NCBI RefSeq assembly: GCF_009834535.1
Contig: NC_045696.1
Location: 26,910,001 to 26,974,000 of the forward strand
From: Camelus ferus
Lineage: Eukaryota
Direction: 5' to 3'
DNA length: 64,000 nt
Shown here: positions 12,347 to 25,247 of the stretch, piece by piece
Position numbering within the stretch: the first letter of the stretch is position 1
Layout: each line of letters starts with the position of its first letter
Position numbers and translations under genes: made by a program
The notes under the pieces: generated by a model
The model's input: only the letters and a program-made list of their open reading frames with translations
What the model was told of the DNA's origin: nothing
Databases searched by the model: none

Positions 12347-12530
12347 CAGTGGTGTGCCAAACCTAGCTCACAGTGGTCAGAACAGCCAATCTTTAAATAT
12401 TGAGGAATTTTACGAGTCTGTTGTTAAACCACCATTGACTGTTTGAAATCTGCTGTAAGTGGGAGTATCTACACCACAGAAACAGGCAAACACTGCAAAC
12501 AGACACTTTTCTAAGAAATCCACTCACCAG
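12347..12530 (+). mobile_element. MER63A-like hAT-Blackjack MITE inside a MIR (host MIR about 12311-12690)
   Basis: CAGTGGTGTGC terminus; gaggaattttacgagtctgttgttaaac; gtgggagtatctacaccacagaaacaggcaaacactgcaaa. Confidence 0.75.
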
Positions 12531-13920
12531 GTGTTGGATCATGTGGGAGCTAATCCCAGCTAAACCAGGTATCACAGGGAAAATTAGGTAACTGACTATA
12601 GAAAAGGCCTTCTGGGCCTCAGTTTCTTCAACTGAAAAATGGGTATGCTGATAATAACAATAGAACCTATTTCAGTGTATTACTGGGGAAATATCCAAAT
12701 TGAGTGCGCTATCTCTTTTCTACTGGATCCTTCACTGACATACATATTTCTCCAAGCTTCTGCTATTCCATCAGAATATGTTTATTTTCATGAGGGACAA
12801 TAAACTTTGCCTAACTGATTACACTGATAATGACAGTATTTCAAATTGGATAATATTCTGTAAGTTCATTATGCCTTCCTAATAACACTCAAATCACAGC
12901 CCAAAGCTATCTGTCTATATAGGACAGCCTTGAATTTGGGCATTAGAAACTTGAGAAGGCTAATATACCATTTAATTAGATAATAATACCTACAAAAAAT
13001 TTTTCAGTGATATAGAAAGTGTTAGACACTAAGTTCCAACTAAATATATGATTATATTTTAAATTAAAATATGGAAAGAAATTTGAGTCTTGTGTTTATG
13101 AAGCTTGGGTAGGTGGAAACGTTTTAGATTTAGCATCAGCAAACCCTAGCTTTGGTCTTAGAATGTCACTATATATTATGACTTGATAAATCATTTAGTC
13201 ATTTAATCAAATATCTGAGGATGGAGAGAAAAATATCTATTATGTTTACCTACAAGCTTCTCCTAAAAACTGAATTGGAAAATATCTGCATGATCATAAA
13301 GTACAAATCAATAGAAGTAAAGGCATTATTATTATGAAGCTTACTACCAGTGACATGGGTGTTTACTTAAAACAATAAATATTCTAAGCCATCTATATGC
13401 ATTGGTTTAGGGAGAGATCTCTAACTGAAGGGACAGGGAAACACAATGATCTTTAAGCTTCTTCTTAGTTTTAAAATTGTAAGATTTAAAGTATCTGTCT
13501 TTTTAATGCAAACTGGCAGAATATCAGAGGAAAGAATATTAACTTATAAGAAGTTAGAGCTGATATCAATAATTTGAGATTTTCAAGTAAATCACAAAGT
13601 GTGTCAAATGAATTAAGAACAATTAATTTCTTAGATTTTTTTTAGACACCAATCAAAGTGCTCAAAATTCCAATAGAAAGATGTTTATATCCTAAGGGAA
13701 CATCTTAATTGGTGATGGTTATTAGCTTTACCTAATCGTGAAATTCATCTTAATCTACTGGCCAAGACACTCAAAAATGTTAAAGAAAAGCCAATGCACG
13801 TAAATTAACAGCCTTACACTGGTAACAAAACCACAAGTAGTGTATTTATATAAATACTCTTATAAGAAAAGCTGCTTTCTTAATCTCTTGAGTAGTTATT
13901 TTTATCTGAGTGATAACATT

Positions 13921-14170
13921 GCATAGTTATTCAAAGCACATCGTCACAGATATTGGAGTCAGAACATCTGGTTCAAGTCATAGTTCAACCACTTGCTAGA
14001 AGTGTAGCTTTGGGCAACATGCCTAATCATTCTCTGCCTCAGGTTCCTTACCTATAGAATGAGGATAAGAGTTATAATACTTTTGCATAGTGTTATAAGG
14101 ATTAAATGAGTTCAAGTACACAAAGCACTTGGAAGAATACACAGCAAACATTGTTATTTCTTGTTATTAT
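13921..14170 (+). mobile_element. MIR SINE, near full length
   Basis: ttggagtcaga...ctttgggcaac...ctctgcctcaggttcct...gttataaggattaaatgag. Confidence 0.8.
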
Positions 14171-14329
14171 AACGCGATGCTAATGCTATCTCCTCTTCTG
14201 CACTCTCCCAGTATGCTCCCCATCCCCATTCCCCAAAAAGCATACACTCACAGAGACACTGGTGTAGCACTTTGTATTCCCTGTCTTAACCCTTTTTTTT
14301 TAAATTAGTCTAAAGTGAAGACTTTACTC

Positions 14330-14568
14330 CTACCTATGCAGTATATGTCTACCAAACACTCTAGTAATAGTTTACGTATAGGAGGACCTAATTGAATCTT
14401 CACAAATACCTATAATGTAGGCACATTATTGTCCCTGTTATAGAAAGAAAAAAAGGAGGTTCAAAGACCTTACATAACTTAATCATGGTCACGTGTAGTG
14501 AGTGCAAAGCTGAAATGTGAACTCAGATCTGACAGCTCAAAGACCAACGCTCTTAAACTAAGCTATGC
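14330..14568 (-). mobile_element. MIR SINE
   Basis: gaatcttcacaaatacctataatgtaggcacattattgtccc...atggtcac...ctcttaaacta. Confidence 0.65.
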
Positions 14569-14572
14569 TGAT

Positions 14573-15330
14573 GAAATCAGAACAGCAGTGGCCTGCAAGA
14601 GGTGGGAGAAGGAATAGGATTGGCTGGAAAATGGTAAGAGGAAACAATGGGATAATGATGTAGGGGAGGCAAAAAATTTTCCCTTTACCCTTCTAAGTTC
14701 TTGGCTGAGACCCCTGGAATAAAAGATCTATTAACAAGAGAAAAACAAACAAAAGTTTATTAACATGTAAACCAGAGGTATACATGGGAGATACCCAGGG
14801 AAAAATGAGTGACTCCCTGAGGTGGCTTAGAATTCAGGCTTAAATACCATCTTGATGGGGAAAGGAGAAAAGGGATGTAGACCTCTTAGGGGAGAGTTAA
14901 TGATTTTTAGGAAAGATAAACGGGCCTTTAGAAGAATAGGTGGGAGATACGCTCCTTTGTGACAGTTTGTCTGGGTGTGGTATCCACTTCTAGTCAACTC
15001 TCCTGTGATGAGTCAACCTTCCCCAGGTGATGAGACTCTCAGGGAGAGGATTTATGACAAGTGACTTTCTTTGGAGGATCTGTCTTTAGGCAGGTAAGTA
15101 ACGTTCAGATAAAGCCTCTCCCTGCATTTGCTACTTTTCAAGTGCTCCTAGTTCAAACTGATCAGTATACCAAAGCGACATGTTTTGGGGTGGCATACTC
15201 TGCTACCACTTCAATGAAAATGTTCTGTATTTTGATCGGGATGGTGGGTACATGGCATATACTTTCTCAAAATGTGTCAAACTGTACACTTAAAATACGT
15301 GCATTTCATTGTATATAAAATACATCCCTC
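14573..15330 (+). mobile_element. Old LINE-1 (L1MC/ME-like) 3' end, split by an LTR
   Basis: gaaatcagaacagcagtgg...gggataatga | aaatgttctgtattttgat...aactgtacacttaaaat...gcatttcattgtat. Confidence 0.75.
14659..15213 (-). mobile_element. MER34-like ERV1 solo LTR, full length
   Basis: TGTAGGGG...CACTTCA termini; perfect TSD atga (14655-14658 / 15214-15217). Confidence 0.9.
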
Positions 15331-15866
15331 CAAAACTATGTTTTTTTTTAATTTGATTTTTTATTGACATGTAGCTGATTTACAGTGTTAGTTTCAGCAA
15401 AATTGTGTGTTCTTTACGGTACTTTGTTTCTTTACTCCAGGAAGCCTTATTAGTGATCCAAAGTAATTGTTCTCTCACTGTTTTATTACTGTGGTTACAC
15501 CGACTTTATGGTTGGTGTTTACTTATGTCCTCAAGGTTTTTTTCAATATTTATAGATCATTCTACCAAAATGGATTTCTCAACAGCATAGAACATATGTT
15601 TAATTTACTTTTTTCCCCAACATAGTTATACATAAACTCATAGAGAAAGATGATATGTGAGGGAGGGGAAGAAACATTTTATATTTTGGGCTGGCATCTT
15701 TCTATTTAAGACTTTATTCTTAAGTGGTGAATAAAGTGCTAATGGGAAATATTCTTGTGTTTTTATAGAACCGAAGGTGAAAATAATTTGTGTAATTTAT
15801 GAAGGCTATAATAATTTATTTTCTTCCTTACTGTGATTTTAACTGAAAATGCAAAGCTCCCCTTAG

Positions 15867-15909
15867 ACATACACACACACACACACACACATGCACACAG
15901 ACACACACA
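15867..15909. repeat. (CA)n microsatellite
   Basis: Directly visible. Confidence 0.9.
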
Positions 15910-18622
15910 AGTGAACACACAACAGCAGGGGTTGTCTCAGTAGGAGAATGATAATTCCTCATATTGTCTTCTGTTTACTTATAAAATAATAATGTGGGAA
16001 AGGCCTGCTTTTAAATTTGGTCCTTTACATATGGAAAAGTTGTCATTTTAAAGCCTTGGACTTGTCTTTGTTCAGTTAGACGCTGGCCATCGAAAACCAG
16101 ATATTCCTGCTGCTTGGAGATGAGGTGCAGCATCAGGCTTGCTTTTCTACGCACCTGTAAATTTTTATGCATGGTTTGGAAATGGGAGAATAATAACCAA
16201 ACAACAAAAAGATGGGGAGATGTCTACAGCTCTCTCTTTAAAAATATATAAAACTTTATCCTCCACATGGGAAGGGAGTATGAAGATTATAGTATATTCA
16301 AGAAAGAGTATTATTTAATCTGGATCTATATTTTACAGTCTCTGGGGCTTAGTGTTTGTTGCTGGGATAACTGTGTTTCTGGGTGTGTGTGCGTGTGTGT
16401 GTATCCCAATGACTAGAAAGAATAAAAAGGACTATACAAAACTGTCACTGACTGGAATGAATGAATGGGGCCAGCATTCAGAGTGCTGAATTTGAACTTA
16501 GATAGTATTATATATTAAAAAACAAACAAACAAAAATCTCTACCACCACCCTGTCCCATAGTTCTAGGATTCATAACTTAGACTTTGGGTTATATATTAC
16601 TGATGGTTATTTTGTCCAGCAATTTTCAAGTGGAGGAGGGATTAAACCTAGAGTGAAAGCAGCCCCTGTGTATTCCCTTAAAGCTTATAGGTGTGGGGTC
16701 AATATTTCTAACACAGAGATTTGATGGAAAGACACTGTGCAGTGGGTGGACCTTGACAAGGCTAGGATCTAGGATACGTGTCTTTGAAACCATCACTTTC
16801 AAATGGTTTAAATATTATCCCTTGTCTCGTGAGAGCAGTCTCACTTGGTATACAATGATGTCCAACTTTTATATAGTCATTCCATTCAGCAACTCCCAGC
16901 TCTTCAGTCAAGCCTCATGTTCCCGTATAGCCTCGTATGGTGGCAGGATGTAGAATTAAGGGAAGAGACAGTGTAGGGAAGTGTGTTTGCCCCACTTCTG
17001 CCCATCCACTGGGGTAATTTAGAGAAAGTGTCCACAGTTTACCACCAGGAGACGGTGACTATATCCCCTAGAGCACCTGGAAATATCTGGAAAAACCTCA
17101 GATAGAGCAACAGTCGCCATGTGGCAAGTCAGAAATGCATTCAAAAGATCCTTCCTTCCCAAATAGACTAAAGAGAGACTAGCTTTGAAGGAGATAGGCA
17201 TGTTACAACTCTAAATAAATAAAGACATTAAATATACAACATTTCTGTCCTTTTAATTTTTGTCCTTTTTAAAAAAATCTCAAATTTTGTGCTGCCCTTT
17301 AATCCCTAAATGATAGAATCAAGATACAGCTCTTCAAAGAAGCTGGTCTGCAACAGGTTAGTCCCTTTAGGGCTGCCCTAGGTAAGCCTCCATGGTCAGC
17401 TGTGAAGAAGTAGTTGTATGTGTAGGATTTTCAAACAGAAATTGGGCTCATGCAATTGTGCTTATTCAAAATATAAAGTGTCAGTATTGCCACTATTTTA
17501 TTTTTATAACATGTCATCTGACAAGAAAATCACATCCTTTCAGCTCAGTGATGAATGAGCATTTGAGCCATGCAAATATATTTTCCATTTGAACTTTAGA
17601 TTTCTTTTATTGTTTCAAGCGACTTTGGTTTCGCTGCCCTTCATATAGGCCCCACTGATTTCATTCTGGGGAAGAAGAAAAAACTTCATACATTCATGGT
17701 CAATTTGTATTGTAAAGGAACAAATAAACCTCTAAAAGCCTACTATTTTCATAAAGAAGTCAAGAACTTGTTTTGCACAAGGCATTAAATATCTTTGCTC
17801 TGAGCTTGCTGATACTCTAGTTTGGGAGGCAAGGAAAAATAAGATACATAACAATGCTAGGCAATACATGCTAAATTAAACTTTAAAAAAGAGGTTCAAA
17901 TAAACACATTTCTCTTCTGCAGTATATAAAGAAGCATGCTAGGTGTGGCAGGAGATAAAAAAAATTCTTTTAAAAAGGCAAGGTCTTTCCCTTTTAAGGA
18001 GTTTCCAGTCTAATGAAGGAAAGATGTGGAGAACTTGAATGCAAATGGTGATTTAGGAAAGAAGGAATATGAAGAACAGCTAATCACTCTCAGGTTTAAA
18101 AAGTTGAAAACTGGCTTTATTTTGCTTCCTTGAAAATCCTGGTCAAATGTCATAGTTAGGAAATCCTTCATATGTGTCTTGACATGGAGAATAAGAAATA
18201 ATGAATAATACGAATGACAGCTTATAGTCACTGAGCATCACCTACATGCCAAGCACTTCGGTAGCCATTTTCACTGCCTCTTTGAAGTGCTACCCTCTTC
18301 CTGTAAATGCAATTCAGCCTCACCAAGGAGCCTCTTAATTGCTTTGGGGCCACGAAAACTATGAGAATAGCATGTTCCTTTCTCAAATAAAAAGTGCTTC
18401 AGAGGATGAGAATAGTAAATGGAAAACTAAAAAGTGTTTGTCCTAAATTTCTCAAACACACTGCACAGATAATCCTTTTAGAGGGATTTGGACTGGGGTG
18501 ACCACAGAATTCCTGAGTGAGGTGACAATGTATGAGCTGGGCTTTGAAGGTGGGTAAGACTGGAGGATGGAGTCATGGCATTCATTTTAAGAATGGCGGT
18601 TGCAGGGCGTGTGGCAGTTGCA

Positions 18623-18743
18623 GAGGGTGTGTGTATAGCTCAGTGGTAGAGCACATGCTTAGCATACACAAGGTACTGGGGATTAAAATAATAATAAAAA
18701 CAAGATAAAATTATACTAACATAAAATTATTTTTTAAAAAAAG
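18623..18743 (+). mobile_element. Vic-1-type SINE with internal (B-box) deletion
   Basis: gtatagctcagtggtagagcacatgcttagcatacacaaggtactgggg runs directly into the AT tail; TSD agaatggc(g/a)gt(t/c)gca at 18590-18604 and 18744-18758. Confidence 0.82.
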
Positions 18744-20497
18744 AGAATGGCAGTCGCAAAGGCTTAAGAGTTGGGATGAGAATAGTCAGGGAAACTTAGC
18801 AGTTTTTACAAGAATTTTGAAGTCAGTCTCCACTTCTAATCTGCAATTTAACTTCTGTGTTTTCTTATGCATATAATCTCTCAATTTCTTCATCTAAAAA
18901 ATGGGGGAAATACCCATGTCATAATCTTCTATAAAATTAAGTAAAATATTTAGTCAAAGAGCCTGCTTATGCAGGGACTTAAAAAAATAAAAATAATACA
19001 TTGGTAAATGAGTTCATTTCTGACAAGCATGCAGTGTGGGGGGGATGTCAGTGGGCATGACTTATGGTGATAATACTCATTCAGGAGTATGCTGAACCTT
19101 GAAGAGTTATCACACCCTACAATTCTGTGACCTCTGTTTACACTGGTAGGTGCTTGTACTGTTTTACAAAAATGCTACTATTTGGAGCACAGGGCAGCTT
19201 GACCAGTCAGTGGATAGTTGTCAATTTTGGGCAGATAAAAATACAGCTATCATTCTTAGATGCTCAATAACTGTTGTTTTACCACTTTGGATGGAGGAAT
19301 AGTTTGTTTAGGCTGGTAAGAGTACGGGGCCCAGGTGTGGGAAGGAGCTGTGGAGGACAGGGATGATGATGCATTTGAAAATAGATTTAGAGGATTTCTG
19401 TGCTGGAGTGACAGATTTTCCCTATCACAGCCAGCTTTGCTTGCCATCTGCGTCAATAAATACTTTCATCTTAGCTGCCACCTCCTCTATGAAGTTCTTA
19501 TTCTTTTAAGTAAAACTGATCAGTTCCATTTCATGACATGGCTGAACTCTACAAACATTTGTCATAGAATCTGTATTGCTGCATTTCACTTTGTTTACAT
19601 TTTCTTCTCCCTACCCTGGATGGTGAATTCTCCTATACACAGAGTATATCTTACTTGTATTTTTATCGCTTACATTTATATGAAATGTCATATAATAGGT
19701 TCTCAATACATGCTCCTAAATTTCAATTGTACTATTTAATTTCTTTTACTGTTGAAACTCCTAAACATCTCTTGCTGGACCACAAAGATATCTTTTCCAA
19801 ACAAAATTACAGGCAAATCTGGTTCATCAGGGCAAACTGAGTGCATACACACACACATACACACGCACACTTTCCTACATGAGACTTCTATAAAAATATA
19901 CTAAAAAAAACACTGTAAATGTTATTGAATTCAAAGATCAGGGTTAAAGAATTAATGGTTGAGAGATTTCAATGCATTTCTTACAGATTAAACAGATAGG
20001 CAAGCAGTAATGATGACGCAAAGAAGAAATCTCTTCTTGACACATAGGTAGAGAGAGCTACAACAGAGGAGGGAGACCCTGTGGCCAGGTAATATCTCTA
20101 GAACAAGAGGATTCTAAGACAATGATATCTGATTATGCAGAAGTGAGAAGTAGAACAGAAGCCATCAGAATTGTTGAAGATCTTTATAGGAAATAATTTC
20201 CTCTAATCATAATCCCCCCCGTCTCCCATATAGTAGATGAGCATTCATCTCTAATTCAAAAATTGCAGTGTTCTTCCCTAAATAAATTAAACAAACTTTC
20301 TGGGTAGAAATAGAGCAGCTTGAAGCAAAGTCTTCTTTACCTTGGCATTTGGTATCACTAAGAATAACATCAGGCACCTTACCAACTCACCCCAAAGTAA
20401 TCTGACAAAGTCCACCCTTGTATACAGAACCCCAATAAACCTTTTTACTGACCTCATTCTTAAATATGAATAAAGAACAAAGGATAACTGGACTTTA

Positions 20498-20675
20498 GGG
20501 AGGGTATAGCTCAGTGGTAGAGTACATGCTTAGCATGCATGAGGTCCTGGGTTCAATCCCCAGGACCTCCACTAAAAAATAAATATATAAATAAACCTAA
20601 TTACCACTCCCCCTAAAAGAAAACCAAAAACAAAACAAACAAAAAAAACAGAAAACAAAAAACAAAAAAAAACCC
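20498..20675 (+). mobile_element. Vic-1-type tRNA-Ala-derived SINE
   Basis: Head nearly identical to tRNA-Ala(AGC), cctaattacc tail, A-rich end; TSD ctggactttag (20488-20498 / 20676-20686). Confidence 0.92.
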
Positions 20676-20699
20676 CTGGACTTTAGAGTATGCAACATG

Positions 20700-21990
20700 A
20701 TTTTGGAATAAACAGCTATACTTCACTCACAGACAAATATCAGACTAGTATCCTGGACTTCCAGGATGCAGTATCTTCAAACAACAAGAAACAATATATT
20801 CAAAGTTACAGGAAAATGTTTTTCAACATAAACACTACATACAACCAAGCCATCGGTAAAGAATAAGGCTGAGTAAAGACATTTTCAGGCTATATTAGGT
20901 CTAAAAATATTTACCACTTAGCTTACAAAGTTAAATAAGGATAAGCAAATCAAGGTAGTCAAAAGAGAGAGAGGATATATAGGAAAACAATGAGGAAAGT
21001 CTTGAAGGAAATGCCTTACACTCTGTCCTTGCTCTCCCCTGTTTCAACTCAACTGTTCTTCCTGAAATAAATCTTCCTAATCCACCCAAAGCCACCCTAG
21101 TCCCACTGCAAGATGCAGAAGCAGTGCCTTCCATAGAATTCTCACTAGTCACCTCCATGACCCTGACTTGGAAGCTGCACATTCTCAGCTTCCTAAATTC
21201 CTCTGCAAGGTCCAACCTGCCCACCTTTGCCAGTGAATGGTTAGAAACTTTTCTATATTTATCCTAGCCCCCTTCCCAGACCTTACTTCCCTAGCTCCTC
21301 CCACAATTTCATACATTCTAATTGCTATAGTGAATCCCTTATTGAAAAATACTCATAGTAGATCAGCTTCTCTGATTCAAACTGGATTGATACAGACCCC
21401 TTGGGAAGGAAATGTAAGCCTAGCACACTATGTGGCTCTACAGCAAACATTATTTACAGTCATATAATAAACTAAACATTGATTATTGGTGTTCAACTTT
21501 TAGAATAAACTTATAAAAAATTATAGGAGATTGAACTAGGATACTACAGCAGGCATAGCTGTGAGAATTTGGAGGTAAAATAGGGTAAGGAAGGTATGGT
21601 GAAGACTGGAACTACTGATGCCTTCAATTCCATGATGATATATAAAGAACTGAAGCACACTGTATCAAGGTGCAGAGCAGATTAGTAAAAGAATTTGAAA
21701 TAAGTGGTATAAGTATTTGCTAAGAGAGAAAGGAGGGCAGGATAAATAAATTAAGCCTCATTAATCATAGTAAAAAATCAACCAGAAACAGTAGGACAAG
21801 CATACTATTTCAAGACATGGATTTGATGACTGAAAACCCAAATATAGTACCATGCAGAAGTGGTTACCTCTAAAAAATACATAATTATCTGGTACGATAG
21901 TTTCCTTTGGAAGAAAACCAGGAGACAAGGGTTGGGAAGACTTTCACTTTTTTCTATATATACTCTTGTAGGGATTGAATAGTTTATATG
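20700..21990 (+). mobile_element. Highly decayed LINE-1/HAL1-like remnants, interleaved with other repeats
   Basis: ORF1 C-terminal-like DNA (ttcaaagttacaggaaaatgtttttcaac...aaagacattttcag) and A-rich L1-type 3' sequence. Confidence 0.45.
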
Positions 21991-22369
21991 TGTGTTAGTT
22001 TATCATATGTGCTACCATAACTAAATAGCACAGATTGGGTGGCTCAAATAATTAGCATCAGTTGTCTTCCAGTACTGGAGGCCAGAAGTCAAGATCAAAG
22101 TGACAGTAGGGCTGATTTCTGAGGCTTCCTCTTAGCTTTCAGATGGTCGCCTTCTCACTGTGTCCTTACTGGGCTCTTCCCTGTGCAAACTCATCCCTGG
22201 TGTCCCTTCCTCTTCTTACAAGGACACCAGTCATACTGGATCCTCCAACCTCATTTAACATTGATCACATTGATCACTCCTTTAAAGGCCCTATCTTCAG
22301 ATATAGTCACATTGGGGCGTTAGGGATTCAATACATACATTTTGGAGGGACACGATTCAGTCTATAACA
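21991..22369 (-). mobile_element. MLT1A/B-like MaLR solo LTR
   Basis: tgtgttagttt...cacagattgggtggct...ctggaggccagaagtcaagatcaa...ggagggacacgattcagtctataaca. Confidence 0.85.
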
Positions 22370-24221
22370 ATGTGTAAGGTGAATTTATTTATAGTAAATA
22401 AATAATTTAAATCAATATTTAAAAGAAGTTATATCAAGAGTGCAAAACTGGATGTGATAGGTGAGACAGGGAACTCTTTCCTTTCATTTTAAGCCCTTAT
22501 ATACTATTTAATTTTTCTTAACTAGCCGTAAGTGTTTTTATATGTTAAATAAGTGAACCATAAGGAGAGAGAGCTCAGCAGCATTGAGATCCCCTCTCCT
22601 GGTATGGAAACTCAAAGGCAGACACGCTCTCCCATTGCCCTCCACCTAAAACACGGAGGGTGCTTATTTACAAAATCCATGGACACCTTGCAAAAATTTT
22701 CGCCCTGTTGTCCACCATCATAAATCTGTTCTTATTACCCTCCGCCCCTTTCTCTTCCTCTCAGTGCTCTTAAACTGTGAGTTTTATGTGCTATTCTAAT
22801 CTTTCTCAAAGTAGCATAAACTCCCTGAGTATTGGAATGCTACCAACCTCCCTGGAATCCTTCATCGACTGTAGTGGTTTGTATATAGGAGGAACTAACA
22901 AGTAAGTGAGGAAATGAGTAAGAAACCAAGAGGAGAGAAATAACAATGGTAATGAAAGAATCTGCCAAGGATACAATCCCATCTTCCAATGCCCTTGTTC
23001 TGAAGAAAGATATACAAAAATACATACGAAACCCAACATACTTCATGGTTAGGCAAATGGATCTGTGGAGTGAGCACAGGAGAATATGTTGCTAGGATTA
23101 CCTAGAGAGACAAATAATAACAATGCTAAAGTGCAGCATCCAAAATCAATCATTCAACATTCAGCTGATACAGATAAATAAGCAAGGGAGAGTTACAGCA
23201 GAGAAGCTGGATCAATGTTAAAATGCAAAATGAAATCGGCAATAAACCCTGGGGTCTAGTTAGACCCTTAAACAAATCTGATGTTCATTTGGCTCCCAGT
23301 CAGATGATTCTGGGAGAAGAGGGCAGATTCCATGAGTCCTGAGGAGAGACATACAGAGATCAAAGGTCTGAACCTTTCAAGCCTCCGGGAATTGCTCTGT
23401 TCCATTGGATGCCCTATTTATAATGTAGAAATGTCAACTCTCTGTTCTTAGGTAAAAGCTGAATGTGTTTACTGTATTTGCATTCAAGAAAAACTGACAC
23501 TATGGTTTTGGTTGATGTTAGTATCAATTTTATTTTAATTCTAAATTCAGAGGAGCCAAAGATGAATGTATACTTTATGAAGGGAAGGCTTTATTTCAAA
23601 TTTAAATATTTACAGTATTTGCCACTTCAGTGTGCATAGAAGACATCGATCTAACTTCAAAAGTCTATCACAGAAACTGAACTGACTACTAAGAACATAT
23701 TTAATTGTAAAACAACACAAAGAATAATATTATGTGTCATTGTTTGGTCTTTGTCTGGGTACAAACTGCATTAGTTTTATTTAAGTCCATGCCAAAACAA
23801 TTATTGTAGCTTCAAACTACCAATTGAAATAACCAAGGTCATTTTTTTTAGTTTGTCATTTAATAGATATTTATTGAGATCTGTGCTAGGAGCTATAGTG
23901 AAAGAAGCCACGGCCCTCACAAAGCTCGTGGTCCAGAGAGGCCAGACTTACTTATCTTTTAAAATTAGTAACAATACCAAGAACACTGCAAGTTAATTTA
24001 GGATAAAGTTCCAGCCAACTAGCTCTCATGCTTTCCTCACCATACTCATATTTATTATAATTTAAGAACAACTCAGGGGTTATATATCAGAAATAGAAAG
24101 GAAAGTTGACAATTTTTAACTGTTTCCTTCAAATGCACAATTCAAATGGTACTAGTCTAGATCAAGCTTAAAAATGGTGCAAAAAGTTTTTCTTTACAAT
24201 TCTGAAGGAAGATTATTTGTA

Positions 24222-24291
24222 GTCTCTTTCTCTGTCTCTGCCTCTCTTTGTCTCTGTCTCTGTGTCTCTGTCTTTCTGTCTCTCTCCCTCT
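24222..24291. repeat. (TCTCTG)n-like pyrimidine repeat
   Basis: Directly visible. Confidence 0.8.
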
Positions 24292-25247
24292 TTGGTGTGT
24301 TGGTTATTGGCTATCCATATTATCTCACCTGCATGAATACAAACTTTGTGCAAATGAGATATATGACTAAATTAAACTTAAAAATAACAACAGCAACAAA
24401 ACCTGAGCATCCTGAGTGTCACATACTAAAATACTTCTGAGCTAAAAAAATATTTTTTTCTAAGTCTCCCGTATCCCCCAATTGTCTAAAAGCTCTAGAA
24501 GTTAAGTAATCCAAAAGACACAGGATGTTTTGACTTTTACCCCCAAGCAGGCAGGTCTCCCTGCTTCCTAAGCATTGACCACTGAGTTGCTTCTCCACTG
24601 TCCTATAGATGGTGACACTTGCCTGGATGTTCCAGTTCTCACCACAGTGAAGCCTCACTTGTCCAGGTTCCTGCACAGCCTTTGGTCTTTGAAAGGAAGA
24701 CTCTCTTACTCCCTTGGGGTCAAGGCTGTTGGATATTCATGTTTGTTTATCAATGTATATGCCTACAGACAACCACGGTTCTCCACAGGTAAGGATAAGC
24801 ACTTGGCAGCTGTGTCTGGAGGAGTTTCCGGCATCAGTCACACTGCAGGCCAAAAACATCCCAGCCTCATTTAGACCTTAAGCCTTTCTTCTTCATCTCT
24901 AGTCATCTGGTCATCAGTCCAGACTCACTTTTTCAAAGTTTTCTTTCTCTACTGGATCATCCACCACCATGAAGACATACTATTAATTTGCCCATTTTAA
25001 ACAACAAACATTTGCTTTGGCCCTACATCGCCAGCAACTGCAGTCTGATTTCTTAAGTCATCATTTTGGAATGACTCCCCTAAAGAGTTGCCTAAGTTTC
25101 TTGTCTCCAAGTTCTCCCCTCTCCTAAACCCACTTTAGTCATGTGTTCAACCCTGTCACCCCATCAACACTGTTTTCATTAATCTCACAAGTGTACTTCA
25201 TACTGTTAAATTCAGGAGTGATTTCTCAGTCCTTACTTATGCTACCA

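Noticed and set aside
1001..15213. Orientation switch of MER34-like LTRs (++++ then ---) as a sign of a bidirectional piRNA cluster
   Set aside because: At most one switch among 7 elements has probability 14/128 (about 0.11) by chance, and the + strand LTR at 11827 breaks the pattern
16845..17085. Possible minus-strand exons (LTEELGVAEWNDYIKVGHHCIP; IFPGALGDIVTVS)
   Set aside because: In-frame stops close by, missing acceptor or donor sites, and no recognisable homolog
19335..19739. Longest ORF (134 aa) and other ORFs over 100 aa such as 56735-57124 and 43303-43768
   Set aside because: No recognisable domain, often non-ATG starts, low-complexity composition or overlap with repeats; lengths are compatible with chance in 64 kb
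20498..20575. tRNA-Ala(AGC) gene (also at 457, 18623, 39151 and 58614)
   Set aside because: The acceptor stem has mismatches, and each copy continues into a shared SINE tail with an A-rich end and TSDs; these are SINEs, not tRNA genes
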